Positions 62,173-64,000 of a DNA stretch of 64,000 bases are shown piece by piece. Each line of letters starts with the position of its first letter. The first letter of the stretch is position 1. The position numbers were made by a program, and so were the translations under genes. The stretch is taken from contig DF237134.1 of NCBI GenBank assembly GCA_000708835.1, forward strand, positions 62,001 to 126,000, written 5' to 3'. The notes beneath the pieces are model-generated. The model was not told the DNA's origin and made no database searches. It saw nothing but the letters and a program-made list of their open reading frames with translations. This stretch comes from Klebsormidium nitens (taxonomy: Eukaryota > Plantae > Klebsormidiophyceae).

Positions 62173-64000
62173 TCATGTCATCATGGTTTTGAATTCCTCG
62201 TAGTCGATGAAGCCGGATCCGTCCAAATCTGTTTCCTTGATCAGCTGCTCTATGTCGATCGTAAGCCCAAAATCCTGCAAGCATCGAGAAGTGATAATCT
62301 TGCAAAGGTATCCGGGTAGCGGTTCTGAAGTATCCTGCAGCAGGAATCCGGGACAGGCTCCAAAGGTCCGCCACGTGTCAACGCAGAGTTCTATATCTCA
62401 AGCTATTGCGCAAGCATGATAGAAAGGCGTTTTGACCATTCGATAGCATCAGGCGTGGCCTGTTAAAATCAGATTGACAGACCCGTACCCTGTAGATTGA
62501 GGTCGGCAGAGCCTGCTTTCTTGGTTTTGAGTCAAAAGTCGGTCCTCTGGACAACTATTTCTCGTCTCGTGGGGCGCCGCACAGGCTTTGGGGACCCAGT
62601 GAGTATTCAAGTCTCGTTGTTTGCTCAGAATTCAGGCTGAAATTCCTTTTACAGACTCTACTTGCCATCGGTGCCGTAAATCAGAGGGCTGCCTTTCAAC
62701 CATAATAGGACAAGCAAGGCCTTGCTCCAGGCACATTTATGAGTGCTGTTGTTTTGCAAGCGAAGCACGATTAGATGCTCACCTTAATCACGGCTCGCAG
62801 CTTTTCCGTCGAGATTTGCCCGCGCTTGTCGGACTGCAAGTAGGGCGAAGCAAACGCTTTGACTTCTGCTACGACGCATCTCGAGGGAAAAAAAGATTCT
62901 CAGAGGAAGCCTCTAACAAGAGCAATAGTTTAAGCGGCCTTCTACCAAGCATATGGGTAAAGTCTGGCTCGTTGCCATCTTATCCGGCGTGTAGTTTCTT
63001 TGCCGAACAAACGGAGAATTGAGTGCATAGGAATCAAAATCTAGCAGCTTCGAATCTGTTCAAAAAAGTTCCTGCTTTCCATAACTTTGACTGCAGATCC
63101 TCAAGATTGCTGATAATGACAGCGTTTCAAGCTGCTTCGTCTGAAACAAGCAAGCCGTAGTGGAGCGAGGGTGAAACTTAGAAGAGCGGGTAGCTTTTTC
63201 CACAACTGTACGACAGGTGCTTGATACGCCTTGTTTCAAGAGAGCCACTTCGCTTTCGTTGGTTGAAACGGTTTATCAGACCCGAAAGAGGACGTTCGCG
63301 CTCGAGAAACCCTCCTTACCTCGCCTCCAAGTGCAATAAAAGCGTCCAACGTGTCCGTCTCGTCGCCCATGGCTGCAAGCACCTTCTTCTGATTCTCAAT
63401 CACCTGCAATTGGGGTACAATGAAGCGTGAACATTGACTACAAAGAACCAATGCTCCTTTGCAGGACTGAACGTCGGCAGAAAGGTTGTGCAATATAGCT
63501 GGCACAAACCTTGATGCAGCAGGTTTAGAGCGCCTCTGCTGAACTCTCACCATTCCTTTCAAGAATAGAATCTGCGCAGGGAGCAATGAAAGCTGATAGG
63601 AAGCCGGAATCTGATCAAAGCAGACCATTTCTGCCATCCTGGCCAAATCTGAAGTCGCTCATCTCTTCGCGTTATACACCTGCTTCCATCGTTGGGGGGC
63701 TTCTTTTGTCCATATCATCACAGATTACGAGCTCTCTACCACACGCTGCCAAGACAACTTCTCCATAGCTACCGATCGATATCCAGACACGTCTTTACTG
63801 CCACTATGTCGAATCCTTGTCAAAGGCATGCAGACCGACGACCAAGCAGTAGCAGGGGGCGCACCTTGAGAAACTCGGGGAACTCGATCTCCCCGCTGTT
63901 GTCTTCATCCACCTGCGCAATCATGAGGAAGAGCTCCTCGTCCGTTGGTTTCTGCCCCAGTGCCTCTAGGGTAGCCCGCAGCTCCGTGGCATCAATTGTG
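62173..64000 (-). CDS. DLE1: Outer-arm dynein 18-kDa EF-hand light chain (LC4), 5' end beyond the window
   Basis: Exons 63865-64000+, 63320-63403, 62783-62833, 62173-62274 give TIDATELRATLEALGQKPTDEELFLMIAQVDEDNSGEIEFPEFLKVIENQKK...DETDTLDAFIALGGESDKRGQISTEKLR...DFGLTIDIEQLIKETDLDGSGFIDYEEFKTMMT*. The DTLDAF(I/V)ALGG signature distinguishes LC4 from calmodulin and centrin. Confidence 0.85.

Overview
Intron-rich eukaryotic nuclear DNA (GT-AG introns, GC-rich exons, CTAAC branch points). The gene set mixes plant-type genes (GAPC, NRP, TFB1) with flagellar genes (SCLT1/CEP89-like, dynein-2 light intermediate chain, outer-arm dynein LC4), which suggests a flagellate streptophyte or green alga, possibly Klebsormidium-like (inference). 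I rebuilt spliced models by hand with consistent intron phases. In order: centriolar coiled-coil gene (-); a divergent phosphoglycerate kinase (-) head-to-head with cytosolic GAPDH (+); TFIIH p62/TFB1 (-) head-to-head with PIG-X (+); NAP1-related histone chaperone (-) head-to-head with dynein-2 LIC (+); two paralogous unknown membrane-protein genes (-); a ~2.9 kb tandem duplication carrying a coiled-coil/BTB gene and its pseudogene (+); and a partial dynein LC4 (-). Main unusual signals: (1) the atypical PGK paired with GAPC across ~1.2 kb, (2) decayed tandem duplications straddling at least nine splice sites in four genes, (3) a roughly five-fold rise in intronic CpG from the 5' to the 3' end of genes, (4) a rapidly evolving accessory block at 52-62 kb. 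No tRNA, rRNA, CRISPR array or transposase was recognised.
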